A stretch of 64,000 nucleotides of DNA from Lingula anatina. Its lineage: Eukaryota > Animalia > Brachiopoda. The DNA is taken from contig CM120645.1 in assembly GCA_051362555.1 (NCBI GenBank), forward strand, positions 14,446,001-14,510,000, given 5' to 3'. A model generated the notes under the pieces. That model was not told where the DNA came from and did no database searches. It was given only the letters and a program-made list of their open reading frames with translations. Position numbers and translations under genes: made by a program. Positions within the stretch are counted from its first letter, which is position 1, and each line of letters opens with the position of its first letter. This document shows, piece by piece, positions 1 through 47,000 of the stretch.

Positions 1-112
1 ACAAAAATGATTTCATTAACTTCATTCACGAGTTGTATTTCGTATATATTTGTTGTAGCCAGTATGTGAACAACAAGCATAATTACAATCGTGTTCTATT
101 TTGCCACACCAG

Positions 113-524
113 ATCTAGCCATGCCAGTGACCAGCTATATGTTCTGTGGAGGGTACGCAGAAGGACAGTTTGACGCCTGCTCTGGAGACTCAGGAGGTCC
201 CTACGTGTTCCCGTCTGGGACAGGTATGTGAATAAGTGAAAAACTCGTATTATCAAGAGCTTAAAAAAGTTAAATTTGTTTCTCAAAAAATGAAAAAAAA
301 TAGTAACATGTGTACGTGATGCTTTATCTTTTTCTTTCCAAATGTTGAGATTTCAATTGCACAAACATTAACATATCTCTACTTTTTCCCCAGGCGATTC
401 ACTTCGTTGGTACTTGGAAGGTTTAGTCAGTTGGGGCAGTCCTGACGGATGCGGGAAGGCAAACCAATATGGCGGCTACACACGTGTCTCCAGATTTATT
501 GATTGGATGAAAAGTATCATGTGA
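113..524 (+). CDS. 3' end (last two exons, 113-223 and 394-524) of a trypsin-family serine protease, Limulus clotting factor C-like
   Basis: Spliced translation ...[71 protein letters not shown]. It has the GDSGGP catalytic Ser motif, a GT-AG intron at 224-393, stop TGA at 522-524 and AATAAA at about 600. The C-terminus closely resembles horseshoe crab factor C as recalled ([27 protein letters not shown]). The 5' part of the gene lies outside the window. Confidence 0.85.
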
Positions 525-1015
525 TGCGTTGCATACGTTTGATGGGAAAAACACGTACATGCGACTCACGTTTTCTTTTCATTCATAATGGATGATTTCA
601 ATAAAAATGATTCTAAAAGAATACATGATGTGATATTGGTAAAAGATTGTAAATAGACTGGTTTTATCTAATAAGAAAAAAAAAGAGAAAGAAAAAAATG
701 AATCAATGGTAAAGATTATACTGTATGTCAATACAAATTCAAAATAAACAATGAATACTTTCCCAATGAGCAATTCAAATAATTTATTACAAAGACTGCT
801 TACATCATACAAGAATCCTGGCAAAGCTGTTGGCCATATTGGAACGGGTTTCCAATATCTCTGTTGTATTGCCATGAGAATTTTATATCAAAATAGCATT
901 AAAGGCTCTATGACTTAATATTACCATTAGTAAGTTATATTAATATGACCTGTTATGGCTTTTTTTTAGAAAATAGGGAAGCCAATTAAATCAGAAAGTA
1001 AAATACCGAAACTAA

Positions 1016-1763
1016 GATCGCATTCACAACGAGTTGAGCCAGGCTTTACAAATCCTGGGGACTAAATATGGCAGACGTACATGAAAGAAAAACCGCCTAA
1101 TCTTTTAATAGTCTCTCCGCCTCTCACACGTCTCCCCACACGTCGTCCCTGAGGGGTACAGTCATTAAATCTCGGCTCCGTTCGCCATGAATTGAATGAA
1201 TGAATTGGCCCGTAGAGCAGCTATGAATCGGGATCAAAATCGTGAAAACACCCCCCCTTCCAGTTCGATCAGGCGTAGGGAACAAGACAAACATCAGCAT
1301 CAGAACGAACTGCGCCCTTTGATGAGACTGCATACGCAAAAATTCTGCCCTCCTCCTCCGTCTACTGGGGCTGGGTATCTCCATGAATATCTCTGTGAAT
1401 ATCTCTGGTGACATTATCTCCGTAGATAGCCGATTCAATGCTGATCTATGGGCCAATTCATATCTTTTTCGTCTCTGTTTTGAAAGATAATAGAACAGAA
1501 GAGCTTTTTTCATTCGATCACCTCCAGCCGCCATGCTTTCTTCACCTAGAGTTTAATTGATGAGCATGCGCACTTAATATTTCTCAGGTAGCTTCAGCAT
1601 GGCGAACGGAGTCGATGACTGTACCCCGCAGGGACGACGTGTGGGGAGGCGTGTGAGAGGCGGAGAGACTATTAAAAGATTAGGCGGTTTTCCTTTCATG
1701 TACGTCCGCCATATTTAGTCTCAGGATTTGTAAAGCCTGGCTCAAATCGTTGTGAATGCGGTC
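1016..1763. mobile_element. PIF/Harbinger-like non-autonomous DNA transposon with ~150-170 bp TIRs
   Basis: Ends GATCGCATTCACAACG...CGTTGTGAATGCGGTC, long inverted repeats, and TAA on both flanks (1013-1015, 1764-1766). A related copy lies at 49716-50272. Confidence 0.85.
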
Positions 1764-2847
1764 TAATTAGACCTTCTGAACCCAAGATAACAGTACCAGA
1801 AATCCAAGCAATTCAAGTAGAGAGGAACTACTAGTGCTCCTCTCTAGTAACAGACAACTGATTTCTACTGGTAGAGCAGATTGTATTGTATGTAAATAAA
1901 TTATTTTTACTGTATATCATAAAGGGAATTTTCTTCGTTTTTTTCCTTATAGTTTTAGTTTTTTGTTGAATAAATTAAAATTTATTCAATAACTCAAGTA
2001 TCAGCAATTTTTACAATTCTTCTTTAACATTCCAGCATAGCTTATGGGCACAAGTATTTCATGGTGCAACATATTGCTTTTACCATAGAAGTAGAGAACT
2101 ACTTCTATGCTTTTACTAAATTACTTTTTTTTCTAAAACCTGGAAATAAAGATATCATACATTCCAGTTACTCATTAAAAGACAGAGAGAGAACTAATAC
2201 AAAAAATCAGAAAACTTTTCACTCAATCTTCTTGCACTTGAACTTGCTTGCTTAATAGTTAAAGGGATAATAACTCTTCGTATGAGGTCTATATTTCACA
2301 ATAAAAACATTGAGAATAACTCACAGAATTATAATATATTCTGTTTTATGACAAAAACAGCAGTTATAGCTATTATTCTGATAATATCTGAGCTTGTCTT
2401 CAGACCACGTGACCTCCATTTAAGGCTATACTCTGTTATAATCTCTTAGGAGATTTTAACATAAAACCAAACTTTTTAGAAAAAAACCAGGGACTAACTT
2501 TGAATGTAAAAATGGATTCATTAACCACTGGTAAGTGTGGGAAAATTCATTTTTTTTGCCAAAATGAAGAGTTATTATCCCTTTAGGTTATCAATTTCTA
2601 TTTCTCCCTACTTTACAATAGGTATATTAATACTGGTTCCTACTGAATATGCGTCTTGTCATTCCAGACTTTATTTAATTTTAATATATCATGTTGTTTT
2701 AATTCAATTATACAAAAAAAGAAAAAAGCTGCATTCTTCTGAGCGTCCAATCTTGAAGGCAGTTTTTGCATCTACGTTTTGTCAGAATTGGTTCCTGCTG
2801 AATAATGTTTTTGAATGGCCAACCTAATTTGAATTGTTTTATTTTGA

Positions 2848-2848
2848 A

Positions 2849-2887
<39 letters not shown>

Positions 2888-2888
2888 A
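2848..2888. repeat. (TAAA)n microsatellite
   Basis: Directly visible, just past the TUBGCP6 stop codon. A second (TAAA)n tract lies at about 3498-3543. Confidence 0.95.
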
Positions 2889-2898
2889 GACAACTGAA

Positions 2899-35603
<32,705 letters not shown>

Positions 35604-36331
35604 TTTCTCTCTTCTCTAGGTGTGCACTGCCATTATATTAAGGACATTGCTCGCATGTGCTCATTGTCAAGATGCAGCCTTGTCATGTCTAAAAGTGTAA
35701 TACATTAATGTTCGTGTTTAAAAAATTGAAATAGAGTCAAGAACCCTATTAATAGTAATAACCGAACAATACAGATTATATGAACTATCCGGTCGGTTTC
35801 CCGTCCAAAACCCGGCTTCAGTTCAGGAATATTTATGGTTTCGTATCGGAAAATATAACATCAAATTTACCTGTATCAATCAACATTCACACCCTTATCC
35901 ACATATACATAAAATTTCAAAGTAATTGCGCATACACTGACCTCACCAACACCATATAAAGATACAAACACTCGCATCCAATTTCCAGTTTTCACTTGTT
36001 ATTTTTACCGCCAGAGTAAGTCCGCAGAATGACATTTTTCTAGAACTGTTTTAAATGCAATGCTTCATTTGATTTCATTACAAAAACATAGATAGCTTAG
36101 TTTCTTAAAGTTAGAAATTTACGACTCATCTTTGTTTGTGATTGTATCTACAACATTTAAATATTGCATCTTTTAAATGAAACATCAGTCGCCTGCTTGA
36201 CTGCGGAGCTACACTTTCAAGATGTCGCTGTGAGGAAAGCGATTTCATTCACTTGCCGCATCGTTTGTTCCGCTTCTCACCTGTCAGCTTTACAGAGGTC
36301 TATCATAGACACCCAAATCAAACATACGAGT
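35604..36331. promoter_or_regulatory. Probable bidirectional promoter between TUBGCP6 and NCKIPSD
   Basis: The two start codons are divergent and 728 bp apart, with local CpG enrichment. A probable TUBGCP6 5'UTR intron (donor at about 35870, acceptor at about 35689) would bring the transcription starts even closer. Confidence 0.65.
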
Positions 36332-39300
36332 ATGTTCCGTGCACTGTACGATTTTGAAGCAACAGTTCCCCATACTTTAAGCTTCAATCGGGATGACAAA
36401 TTCACTGTCATTGATCAAAAACATCCCGACTGGTGGCTCGTCCAAAATGGATTCGGGGAGGTTGGTTACGTCCCTGGAACGTATGTCACCAAAGACGAGG
36501 TATTTTGTTGTTTTCTTTGTATTGATTTGCATTCAGTCGTTTATGAAAACTGCAACTGTTCATGAAAATTTGAAGTCTGATATTTTTCTGAATGCTGTTT
36601 AATTGAGGGGAGGGGTTGTATAACCGCGTTCATTAGTTTTCCCTCCCCCCAAAAAACAGTAGGGACATGTACAGACAGCTGCATATATCTGAGTATGGAT
36701 CAGCTGATTGAATTTTTGAGTTATCCCATTTAGCTGAAAATATATCAATGTTTTAGTGACACCATTTTTACCAAGTGTTAAGCCATTATTTTCATTAAGT
36801 CAGAAGTTGTCCAACTTGATTTTGAGCCCTTAATATTATCACAGACACATTTTTGTATTTTCTGTGAGAAATGCTGAGCTTTAATCTGTCCATTGGATTC
36901 AAATTCAAATTTATTTTAATTTAATTTTAAAATTAAAATTAAATATGATCTAGGGTGGAAATGGTGTTGATCAAGGGTATGAAAGTTATTTACATTTTTA
37001 TTAGAAGTGAAATGTGGAACAGGACAAAAAGGTGGCTGAAAACTTTTAGATGGAGCACTGGAAAAAATGAAACATGTTGATATATAGGATTACACTGATT
37101 TGATTGCTATAGTGCATTGGCAAATTTGCTAACACAATTATAAAATGGTTATCAAAGCAGAAATACATGTATCATGGTATTTGTGTAAGGACATCAAGTC
37201 AAGTTCAACTAACACAATGGCCTGTTTTGTTATCAGGACTGCCCTTTTGTTACATACTTGGGTTAAAATGTTCAAAGTGCATGGCTGTTTTGAAGTGAGC
37301 TAAGTTATCTTATTTTTAAAATCCCTGTTTTTATAAGCCCAAGTTAAAAAAAACATAAAAAATGATAACAGTGTACTGCTCAATGCAATTTGTCCAAAAA
37401 ATGATGAGACCTAACTTTATACATTCCTTCATCCATTCATCCCTTTTTCCATAAGTTCCTATAGAACATTCCTACCTTTCTTTAACCCTCCCTATCCATA
37501 CATCTCTTAATCCATTCACTATCTATACATCAGTGCACTATCTATCCATAATTTATGTGTACTTTGATTCACTATCTAGCTTTCATTTATCCACTTTCCA
37601 TCTATCTATCCATCCGCAATTCCTCATCTAGCCAATATCCATTCATTTATTTATTATCCATCCATCATCAGTCTGTATGTTCATTCATCCAGACATTGCT
37701 CTGTCTGTCCAAATTATGTAAATTGTCGCAATTCTTTCATGTTCAGAGGTGTGATATTTGATACAGGACTTTTTGTGATAAGAAATTGGAAAACTTTTTA
37801 TGTGTGCAAGCACCATGGTATCGTTATCACTGTTAGAGATGTCTTTAGGATATTTATTACTCCTGAGGCATTACTTACAGGTACTTTACATGTAATAAAC
37901 TGGGGAATCTTAAATTAGATATTTTTGAGAAAATAAAAAGTTACACACAGATTTGTCAAGATTTCAGTATGTAGTATTATCTCTGTTGCAAAAACATTCC
38001 AAAATGGAGGCTTAATCATGTCCTGCACCATGACATAAAGTAACTTAAATTGTCAAAACGAGCATGAAAATAATCATTATTTTAGTTTAGTATTTGAACA
38101 ATTACCTGCAACATGAATTGGACACTTCTGATGTATTTTCCTTAACATAGCCTCCCAGCTTTGTGCATTTATCAGCGAGCGATGTCGGTGTCAGTGACAA
38201 CAGAACTGCTGTCTTGGTTCCAAAATCAGAAAGGTTGTTTTATTCAATTTCAATCAGATATTTATTACAAATTGCTAGCCAAAATAACATTTTTTCATGT
38301 GTATCTCTTTTACTTGCCATTGAGAAACTCTGGAAGATAACTTTCACACACACCTAATGATCACCAACATATCTTTTACTTTTGACTTCATTCAAGTACG
38401 TGTGAATAGAATACTTCCACAGTCCCTCAGCTTTGAACCCAAATAAACCTTATCATACATTGTATAAGATGGAGGGTTTGGGGGGGGGGGGTTGTAAGCC
38501 TTAGCCCCAGGTTCCTATGCCTCCTCTTGTTTCCAAAGTAATCGTGCAATCACCAGTTTTTCTGTATTGTACTCAATGGCAGGAGGAGGCAAGCTAATTA
38601 TTAAATCTGTCAAACAGATTGCATTCAGCAAGAGTCCCGACTAAGTTTGGCTGGTCTACGAAGACCAATGGCTTCAATGGGAATGAGCTCTATGTTATTA
38701 AGGAATAAGAAAATTTGGGTGTACTGAACCTTCTTGTTTGAAAAACTGGTAGCTACAATCCCACAGGTTTATTTTGGATGATAAACTTTCTAAAAAGTGA
38801 CATTACATTATATAAGAGGAACAGTGCAGTTAAGTTGACTCCTTTGGTCCCCTACAGTTATTGACCGTTTTAAGAAATGGCATAGAACTTGGATCAATTT
38901 TTGATTCAGAGTGGACCATTTCTGATCACAAGGGCTATTCTTTAGAAACCCCACACCCCACCCCGACCAATGATTTGTTTTACTTAATATGCAGTAATAA
39001 ACAAATGTCCATAAATGCTAACGTAAAGGTGACTACTAGTAAAGGACTTCTTAGCTAGCATGAGACTTAACTGCACGTGCACTCTTGCTGAGTGTAATCA
39101 CATTTACAGACTTCTGAAGCCGAGCCCACAAGAAAGTTAATAACTCCCTAGCTGCTCAAGGAGGTGCATTAGTCTGTGTAGCTGGGCTCCGTAACTCGAA
39201 AGCATCGCATGTTGCGAATAGCAATATCACATAGAGGCTACAATGTATTATATGGGGCGAGTATGGGCGAGTTATGGAATGGAGATGCTTGCGCTCGGTC

Positions 39301-42300
39301 GCATTGCACGATGCCTTTGAGTTACCGGGGCCTTGATTGGATTCAGCTAGAGTTCCCGTTAGGTCACAGTCTAGTTTGGTCAACCTGAACGGCCCCAAAG
39401 AACATTGCAGGACACCAAGGTTATTGCCTGATAAGAGTTGGTGTCCTGAAAGACAGGGCATCTCTTCTTGCAGTTAAGGACTCTGTTGACAATAATAAAA
39501 ATTTATGGTACACCTGAGACTTATTTAATAGCTGTATCATAAAACGAGCACACTTCAGAGATATTCAGAGATATTTTTGTTAAGAAAAGGCTCACATTTT
39601 AGTTTTAAGTATTGTTTTTTTGGTGGGGTATCTGTTACACAGTATACTTCAAACTGAGTTTTACGATGTCAGTTTTTCATTGGAGAAAAAATACTGCATT
39701 GTGTCTGTAAGTTGATTTGAAAATGCTTTGGGCGAGGTTTTTTTAAGTTTTAAGACGTGATCTGAATCTTTTTGTGAATGAAACTATTTGATATGTTAAT
39801 CGCACCTTTGATTGATTTAAGATGAAGATATTTGAATGTACGTGTGTGGAATTAGTTATTTTCATTTAAAGGGCGTTATCAGTGACGCGAAAGCATGCTA
39901 TATAAGGGACTGTTTATTGGACAAAATCCCAGTTTCGTTCGTTGTTATACAACTCCATCTTGGGCACCATCGTTATTGGGAGAAAGATTGCTCTTGATCA
40001 CTTAATTTCTAAATGATCATTTCCAAAAGAACCAAGAGATTTCCATAAATTTTCACAAGTCCATTGAACGGTGATTTTTTTGTTTGAATTCCAATATTTT
40101 ATGGTGGAAAGTAAAACCATGATGAAGGAAAAGCGACAAGAAGATAATAACTGGGTAAGTGTACACTTTTTCTTTACAATATTGTTTTATCCTAGTGGTA
40201 AAATTAATATTATTTATTTTGAATTTAAGTAAATTTTTGTTTCTTGTTTACACATGTGAATGTTTAATGTCATCAAACTAAAGTTTTGCATTTCGATGAC
40301 ATTTTACAGTCATTGATAGTTTGACAGAGATCATTTTTAATGTTAAATTTTCTTGAGCTTATATCTTACTTTTTAATGTTTGAAAAAGATAATTTGCTAC
40401 ATTGCATTTCTGCTGGCCCATTTATCGATTTTAGATAGGCTCTGTTCAACACTGCAATAAATGATACAGTTTCTCGTTTCTCCACATAGAATGATTTATC
40501 AAATTTGAAATTTATCAAAAAAAAATCTTAAAGTGCTAAAATTTGATCTTGTATTGTTTAAAAAAATTACTTTTGATAATAAACAAATAAGTTATAAGTT
40601 AAGAAGAATTCTGTTCATCTTAATTAGTTTCATTAAAGGCAATATGTTATTATTCAAAACATCAATGCCTGTAGCTTCAAAACGTGTAAAAGCATTCTTT
40701 TTCCAAATTTATCTTGCATCTTATTGGAATGTTCATAGTAGAAAAGAAGAGCAAAATTTCTGGTATTCAGGAGATGTTAACACATTCAAAATATATGATA
40801 CAGAGCTTAGGATTTCTTATGTATTTCAATGTGAGGTATCATCTTCTGTTTGCACTTAATAATAATGATAAAAATCAGTTATTGTATGTTTCATTAAAGA
40901 TTTTAATGTGACTTATATAAAATCTAAAATCATTAATTGAAAAATGTCAATAAAATAATGCTAATAATAAAAAAATAACTAACAAACAAAAAATTATTAA
41001 ACATCACTACTACTACTACAACATGAAGGTTGAAAATACTTATGTTTAAAAAAAATACTCATAGTTTGTATACATCTTTATACAAAGATTTAAAAAGAAA
41101 CACTTTTTTGTCTGTGTAATATGGGAACCAGCAGATTATTTCATAATTATTGATTATTTGTAATCTGTGTGTTGCAAGATATGTATATAGGATATGGATA
41201 CTGGGATACGGATAATGTGTTGCTAAGGGTGAGCAAAAAAAAAAGGTGATTTGGGGAAGGGGAGTGTAGAGGGTCAGGAAAGGGGGGGGGGGATAATAGC
41301 TGATAGTGTATGGCAGTGCTTTACCCACAATAGGGGGTACAGGCGATCCAAAATTACCACCTGTTATTGCCTACAAAATGTCAGGGAGTCCAAGTGTACC
41401 TAAAGTTGTCATATTACCCAAAAATCTATAAGTTGTACAGCTGTCTTTGAAAATATAGGCTGTCTGGTGATGCTGGTAGCTGTCTAAATGACGGCTGGAT
41501 GGTTCGCTGAGAAAATCCTTGGTGAATGGGAATGATAATGTTGCTAGGTTTTACAATAGATGTCAGGTACAATGAAACATCATATTACATATGATTTTTA
41601 TTTTCACAATTGAGATAGCCCTAAGGGGAGGTATGGTAATGACTTAATTTTTTCAATGGGGAAAGTTGTAAATTTTATAGGCACTATATTTTTGAAAGTC
41701 ATTTTGCTTAAAGTAAGAACATCCCTTATATACTGTACAGTTTTACAGTTTTGTTCTGTATGATAAAAGTACCACAAAATTAATGCTTCACAGAAGTACA
41801 TATGTAAAATTTTAATGATTTCAAAATTATGTATCTGAGAGACTGATAAATGATTTTCCCCCCATTCAAAAGATGGGGTGATTACTGTATCTCATATGGA
41901 AAGAAATTCATGCTTGTGTATTAAATCAGATAATTTGTAAGACTGACCCAACATTGACCCAAGACTGACCCAAGACTGACCCATTACAGTACGTGCTGTG
42001 TGATATCCTGATATCCTACCTTATTGCACTCCCATTCTTATATCAGAGCAATTGTTACCTCATCCTAAAATTAAAAATGGAGCACCTTTCTTTGTTGCTG
42101 TCGACTTTTGGAATGCAGTTTTAGTTTATTTGTTAAAACTGATGTGTGTCTGAATGAAGGGTAAGTGTCAGTTATGACCATTATGCAAAGTTCATTTATA
42201 TTCACTTCAGTTGAAGACAGTTCTAGCTACCATTTGAGAATTTATGCCAGGAAGGTTAAGAAGGCCAAGTGGGACTATATAGGTAAAAGAAGAATGGACC

Positions 42301-43979
42301 TGGTGTTGAATTTTTTTATATTGGTCCCATTCTAGTGAGGTTAGAGATCTGTATTTGGATGGGGAGAAGGGCAACAGAGTGATTTATTTAAATGTATATG
42401 GCACAATAGAGAGTTTGCGTGTAGCCAAAAATTTGAGATTTGGGTGACATATTGGCAAGTGCATAGAATTGACAGGTAAGGGAACCGGGTAGGGGTAGGA
42501 AAATAAGTGGGTGCAACAATTAGCGAAGGGGGTAAGTAAGGGGGGTATTTTAGAAAGCAGACCAAGTCAGTTTTAAGAGTTATGTGCATTTGAGTAATTT
42601 AAAATGCATTAAATGGCAATTTAATTGTTGGTGTCTCAATCCAGTGTACTGGTATGTAGGGTAAGTTACCAAAGGTGATTGACTTTTTTAAATGTATGTA
42701 CCTGTATATGTTTGGGATTAGGTGTGATAAAGTTTGAGAAAATTAAGGTGTGGAAGTATTCCTGCAGATTTTGGGGGTTGGAGGTGGCGGTGTAGCGGTT
42801 AAAATAAAGGGGAAGGTTAACAGCTGGTCATGCATGCGTATGAACATGCTGACGAGTTTTACAATAGATGTCACTTCATATAGTCTGTAGAGTTCATTCT
42901 TTTCATCCATAAAGAAATAAATCCATCTCATGTATCAAGAGCTTGGTGTAGTAAAAGAAAAAAAAAAAAAAAAAAAAAAAAAAACAATAGAGGAACTTGT
43001 GACTGTCTGGAAGTTTTGATAACTACACATGCATAGATATATTTTTGGGTCTGGACAGTTATAGATATTTTTAATTCAAACAAGAGATGTTTTAGGTATA
43101 TACCTCGTGAAGTTAACTGTTTTCTATTCTGAAGTCGAATCCTTTTGATAGCCTACAAATATGTGTGTCACATACGGGCAGTGATGCATTACAAGACAGT
43201 ACTGTAATACTTTCCTGTTAATACTTATGTTAAGGTTAATGGAGTTACCTGGTACAAAATAGGCAGCCTTGACTTATGTTACTTTGTCAGTTTATATCCT
43301 GGACAATTTTGTTTTTAAAGAATCTGAGTATATGAGCCAATTCTTGTTTGAATTCTTGGTATTCCTTAAAAGGTGCTTAATGCATTGTTCAGTTAAATCG
43401 TCTAGTCATTATTGCTTAAGTTACAGGGATTCCTCCACTTGATAGGTTTATTCAGGGTGGTTTATTTTTGCTTTGGGCAGATGACTTAATTTTATAACTA
43501 GGTCAGGATTTTTTTTTTTTTTAGAATTTTTAATTATTTGATAAGAATAAAGTTTCTGTCAGAGATACATTAATTTTATTCTTACACACATTCTTTATTA
43601 CAGTTACCAATACTAGATAAATGGATATATGATGAGGTAAATAAATAGATAAATATATACTAGTAAGTGAGTGGAAATATAAAATCTTATAGATAGATGA
43701 ATAAATGATAAAAAAATGATACCTCCCCAAAATTTCAGAATCAAAGTCAATTTTATTTGGCTAATGATCGATGTTTCCTTTTTATGCAGCTGATTGGAGA
43801 TAATCATCAAGTGTAAGCCTATCTGTTGGGATTATTCCGATCTGTTGATTTTCATGATTTATTGTTGGCCTGATGTTGTATAAACCATATCACATTTCAT
43901 AATATTGATAATAGTTAGATATAGACTTTTTCTTGCACAATTTTGAGTAAAAAAAATTGAAGAAATGATAGTTGCTCTC

Positions 43980-44021
<42 letters not shown>

Positions 44022-47000
44022 CTGGCAATAGACTGTAAGATGTTGAACATTTTATTATTTGCAGAGCCGGCAAATATAAAACATTATAAGCATCTAAAAA
44101 TTTCTCCATAAAAGAAATAAAAGAACTTCACTGTTAATGGATCGGTATAATTTGATAATTATATGTACAGTGAGTTTGTAAAAATAAACTCCACATAAAT
44201 TTCTGCCCTGATGAAGAGACATCTATGTAATACAATATGTTTCTACAGGTGTGGCTTGACGGAATACACTATAGGGAATTGAGTATGAATACTAGTAACT
44301 GTTGAGGTAGAAATGTGCACATCAAATTAGCCTTGGATTATATTGTGAATATATTTCTAGGTATAAAAAAAAACTGGGCCACCATTGACATTGTGCAGTA
44401 TGTTAAACCCAGGTTTACTTTCTTAGGTCATATAGTAATCAGGTTATCAGCTCAGGGAATTGGTTTATTTATATAATTGTCTGCCCCTCAAACTGGATAT
44501 GTTTACATTACGATAGGGCATGTGTGGATGAAAGTTGACACATGTACAGAGAAAGTGGAAGCATGTCTCCTCCGCAATGGTGGGGTCGTTATAAACGTTT
44601 ACAGCATTTGTATAGTGCTAGCTAGCAGATTGGCATATGGAACGTGCCTGACACAGTGTATAACATTAGGAAGACTTATTTGGAGGTGAAGTACAGTAAT
44701 TGTCATTCGTGTAAGAAAACAATGATAGCATATGTTTATTTTGTACAATAATTAATGCCAGTACATATGTTGATTTTTACAGTAACTTGTATGTTTTCTC
44801 TGTGTTGGACTCATTATTTGATGAATGGGGTGCAGTATGTTGGCACATATAATTATGTTGACAGCTTTTTGCATGCTTTTCTCCCTAAGGGACAGACAGT
44901 ATTGAAATATGGGTGGGTATAGTTACATTCCTGACACAATAGAAATAGTATAAATTGATACTGGCATTACTTAACATAATAGTCATGTTTATAAAGATAA
45001 CAGTTAACTGCTTTGAATCGAGCATAATTTATGTTAAATTTGAAGTGCAGCAGGGTTAATTTGCATAATTGCAATTATTTGTAGAGTTTATGTGCTTGAG
45101 TGCATTTAAAACCAATTTATGCTGGCAATTGCTGGGCTAAGTATTTAAACTCATCTGTAACGTAAGAATTAAGACTGTGGAGTGATTTGAGAGTGGATAG
45201 AGGAGATGGGCAGAGAACTGTTGTAGAATAGTAAATGAAATAATACTATTTAAGATTGACATTATCATATGTCATGTGTCAAGTTGTCCTCTTTACTCTC
45301 ACATCATTCCTTCTGGGGCATGGAGTTTTCCAGCAAGACTTTTTTTGTCCTGTTGATAAGACATCAGGTCACGCACAGTGGGCTGTTTAATTTTAGGTGT
45401 GCCAGTTAGTTAAAATTTGATATTGTGGAACTGTTACACTACATGAATTTGGGCCATAAACTTCTACACCTCCCTAAATTGACGTTAGTATGATACTATT
45501 AATTATAATAGGCATTATAGATACATAGATACACTCTTTACTAATTGAGGGGGACACTAGATCTCGAGGGCCTTAGGATTACTGATGTGTATAAGTATTA
45601 TTTTTGATTTAGATTTAAGGAAATATTTGAGCAATAGAACATAATACAAATTTTGAGGCTTAAATAACCATAGATTATTCAAAGTTAACTGGACACTTAT
45701 AATGTCTGAGATAGCGATCTTTATTGACTGGGGTAGTGCTAACACTCGCCAATTTAGCCAAATGCTAAAATTGACTTTAATTGGCTAAATAAAAGGGCTT
45801 GATTTGACTAATTTTAGTCAAATTAATACCATTTGGATAACAAATTGACAAAAAAAGTGTTGATTTGGCTAAGTGAAAAAAATTGCTAGCACTACCCTAG
45901 GAAGGGAAGAAATAAATAATGATTCTGAACAAAAATTAATAAATAAATAAAAATAAAATAAATAAAAATGAATAAAAAGTAAAAAAAAAAAAAATAATAA
46001 TAATAAAGAATGAAAGAAATGAAATATAAGAGCCAGTGCAAAAATGGTGCAAATTAGGACTGAGGTTCTTCACATTTTATACCAGAACAGAAAGTGAGAT
46101 AACAAGTCTCAGTTCTTCACATGTTCCTTAGCAGTCACTGAAAATTCAGGATTTTCTTGCAAATAGTTAAAGGATTACTCTTGACACAAATTCAGAAATT
46201 TGAAAAGAGCTAAATGGTTTGGACACAGGTGATACTTGCATTCAGCTAGTCTTCATTTTGGTTCCCAATTGCATATTCATGTATAGCAATTAAGGTGCTT
46301 TTACTTATTTACTAGGTGTGAACAACCGGGTACAAAATTTAAAGCAATTCAATGTAAAATGTGTCTGTTACACTCGACATGAATAAATAATTGATTTTTT
46401 TTTCATAAAATGTGAAACATTTTTTTTCAAGTAAGTGGATATATTTTTTCAATTTAAGATAGAATATAAATGATGAGTGAAAAACTAAAAAATTACAATT
46501 AAGAAGTATTCTTCCCCTCATCCTTTCAAAAATGCCTGCTTTTTGAAGAAAGATTTGGCTTGTCAAAGTTAACTATTTTAGGTACATGGTTTCATAAAAA
46601 GAGGGTCATATGGTAAGGAGTTAACAATTAAGCTCTCTTGAGAACACTCTGAAATGTAGCTCTCAACTTCTCAAGGTAATTTGAAAGTCACGTCAAGTAA
46701 ACATGTTTCTGCTTTCTACCCACAAACCCGAATCGGGTGTCTGATGTTCTTTTTCGCTCAGTTAAACAAAAAATAAAATGCAATAATGTTCAATAAATAT
46801 TTTTTCTAGGCTACTGCTCCTTTAGAACTATTTGAGGGACTACGTGACACTCACGATGAAGAAAACTGCCCACAGCGGGTCCCAACCTTGGTTGCCAAGG
46901 TTTGGTGATTTAGACAAACAAAGCAGTATGCCCTTATTAACGACCGAAGAGTTGGAAAGGAAAGAAGTCCAAAACGACAAAGATTCTACACCTATTAAAA

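Noticed and set aside
41941-41983. 11-bp tandem repeat (GACTGACCCAA) x4
   Set aside because: Short local slippage repeat with no linked feature.
44249-44306. Possible extra 5'UTR exon of the plus-strand SLC26 gene (TTCTACAG|...GAG|GTAGAA)
   Set aside because: Splice-like signals alone are too common in 17 kb of intron to call an exon without transcript data.
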